Of a stretch of DNA of 64,000 nt, positions 63,121 through 64,000 are shown one piece after another. A model generated the notes under the pieces. The model was not told the DNA's origin, searched no databases, and was given only the letters and a program-made list of their open reading frames with translations. This DNA is from the human T2T-CHM13v2.0 reference genome, Homo sapiens: assembly GCA_009914755.4 (NCBI GenBank), contig CP068257.2:6848001-6912000 (forward strand). Direction: 5' to 3'. A program made the position numbers and the translations under genes. The first letter of the stretch is position 1. The number at the start of each line of letters is the position of its first letter.

Positions 63121-63750
63121 CTGTCTCTCTCCCCCCTCTCTCTTCCCTGTCTCTCTCTCTCTCTCCCCTCTCTCTCCTCTCTCTGTCTCTCTCTCTCTCT
63201 CCCCTCTCTCTCCTCTCTCTGTCTCTCTCTCTCCCCTCTCTCTCTCCCCTCTCTGTCTCTCTCTCTCCTCTCTCTCTCTCCCTCTCTGTCTCTCTCTCTC
63301 TGTCTCTGTCTCTCTCTCTCCTCCCTCTCTCCCGTCTCTCTCTCTACTGTCTCTCTCTCTCTGTCTCTCTCTCCCATCCCTCTCCCATCTCTCTCTCTCT
63401 TCCCTGTCTCTCTCTGTCTCTCTCTCCCCTCCCTCTCCCGTCTCTCTCCCCTCCCTCTCCCCTGTCTCTCTCTCTCTCCCCCTCTGCCTCTCTCCTGTCT
63501 CTCTCCCGTCTCTCTCTCTCCCCCCCTCTGTCTCTTTCTCTCCCCCCTCCCCTCTCTTTCTCTCTCTCTCTCCCCTCTCTCTTCCCGCTCTCTGTCTCTC
63601 TCTCTCCCCTCTCTCTCCCCATCTCTCTCTCTCTCCCCTCTCTGTCTCTCTCTCTCTCTTCCCTGTCTCTCTCTCTCTCTTTCTCTCTTCCCTGTCTCTC
63701 TCTCTCTCCCCTGTCTCTCTCTCTCTCCCCTGTCTCTCTCTCTCTCCCCT
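63121..63750 (+). repeat. ~630-bp polypyrimidine (CT-rich) low-complexity tract, (CTCTCTC/CCCTCT/TGTCTCT)n
   Basis: Almost pure C/T on the + strand with only occasional G: 'ctgtctctctcccccctctctcttccctgtctctctctctctcccctctctctcctctctctgtctc...'. The 311-aa and the 124-aa and 92-aa minus-strand ORFs (RERE/GERE peptides) are translations of the complementary purine strand. Confidence 0.95.
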
Positions 63751-64000
63751 AACCAGAGCAGCTGTGGGACCGCCCGTCACAAGAGGCCACAAAACTTCCC
63801 TTCATCAATTTCCAGCAATCAGCTGGGAAAATTGTCCCATATGTGGGAGTGCCAAGCGGGGTGCAGGGTTAGGGTTGGGACACAGGCCACAGCGAGGCTA
63901 CTGTCTGGCTGCAATTACGTGCATGCTGCGGGAATCCGGGGGTGCCTTGGGGAGCTGTTGCACTCGGTTCTTTATAATTGCTCGCTCGGAAATTACTCAA

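Noticed and set aside
63866-63879. Telomere-like 'gggttagggttggg'
   Set aside because: There are only two degenerate hexamers. This is far too short to call an interstitial telomeric repeat and is probably chance in GC-rich sequence.

Overview
This window is human (primate) constitutive heterochromatin meeting repeat-rich flanking DNA. It contains no protein-coding genes and no prokaryote-style system or CRISPR array.

The window has four parts, left to right:
- 1-5058 is classical satellite III, the (GGAAT)n pentamer with the diagnostic CAACCCGAGT/CAACCCGAAT decamers.
- 5059-11956 is the 42-bp AT-rich satellite I monomer array (HSat1A / SAR-type).
- 11957-44025 is a composite ~2.4-kb tandem repeat present in ~13.4 copies. 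Each unit is an antisense Alu-derived segment, a ~540-bp non-AT segment and a ~1.55-kb extremely AT-rich segment. This is the HSat1B / HSATI (DYZ2-like) organisation.
- 44026-64000 is single-copy-like DNA packed with interspersed and tandem repeats. It holds an antisense old L1 fragment carrying an Alu insertion with target-site duplications, and at least 14 further Alu copies, several of them as local tandem duplications. It also holds a 44-45-bp A/B-alternating minisatellite, a (CA)15 microsatellite, a TATC-derived complex satellite with a ~290-bp higher-order period, a 110-bp triplication with an inverted partner, (GAAA)n, and a ~630-bp CT polypyrimidine tract.

Every ORF in the supplied track is a translation artefact of repeats or low-complexity DNA. 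The interesting biology is structural. The HSat1B array has a homogenised core with diverged edges and one pair of near-identical adjacent units. The three satellite families join at abrupt junctions. Several minisatellites and segmental micro-rearrangements sit in the flank. HSat3, HSat1A and HSat1B together suggest an acrocentric short arm or Yq12-type location, but this cannot be decided from the sequence alone.
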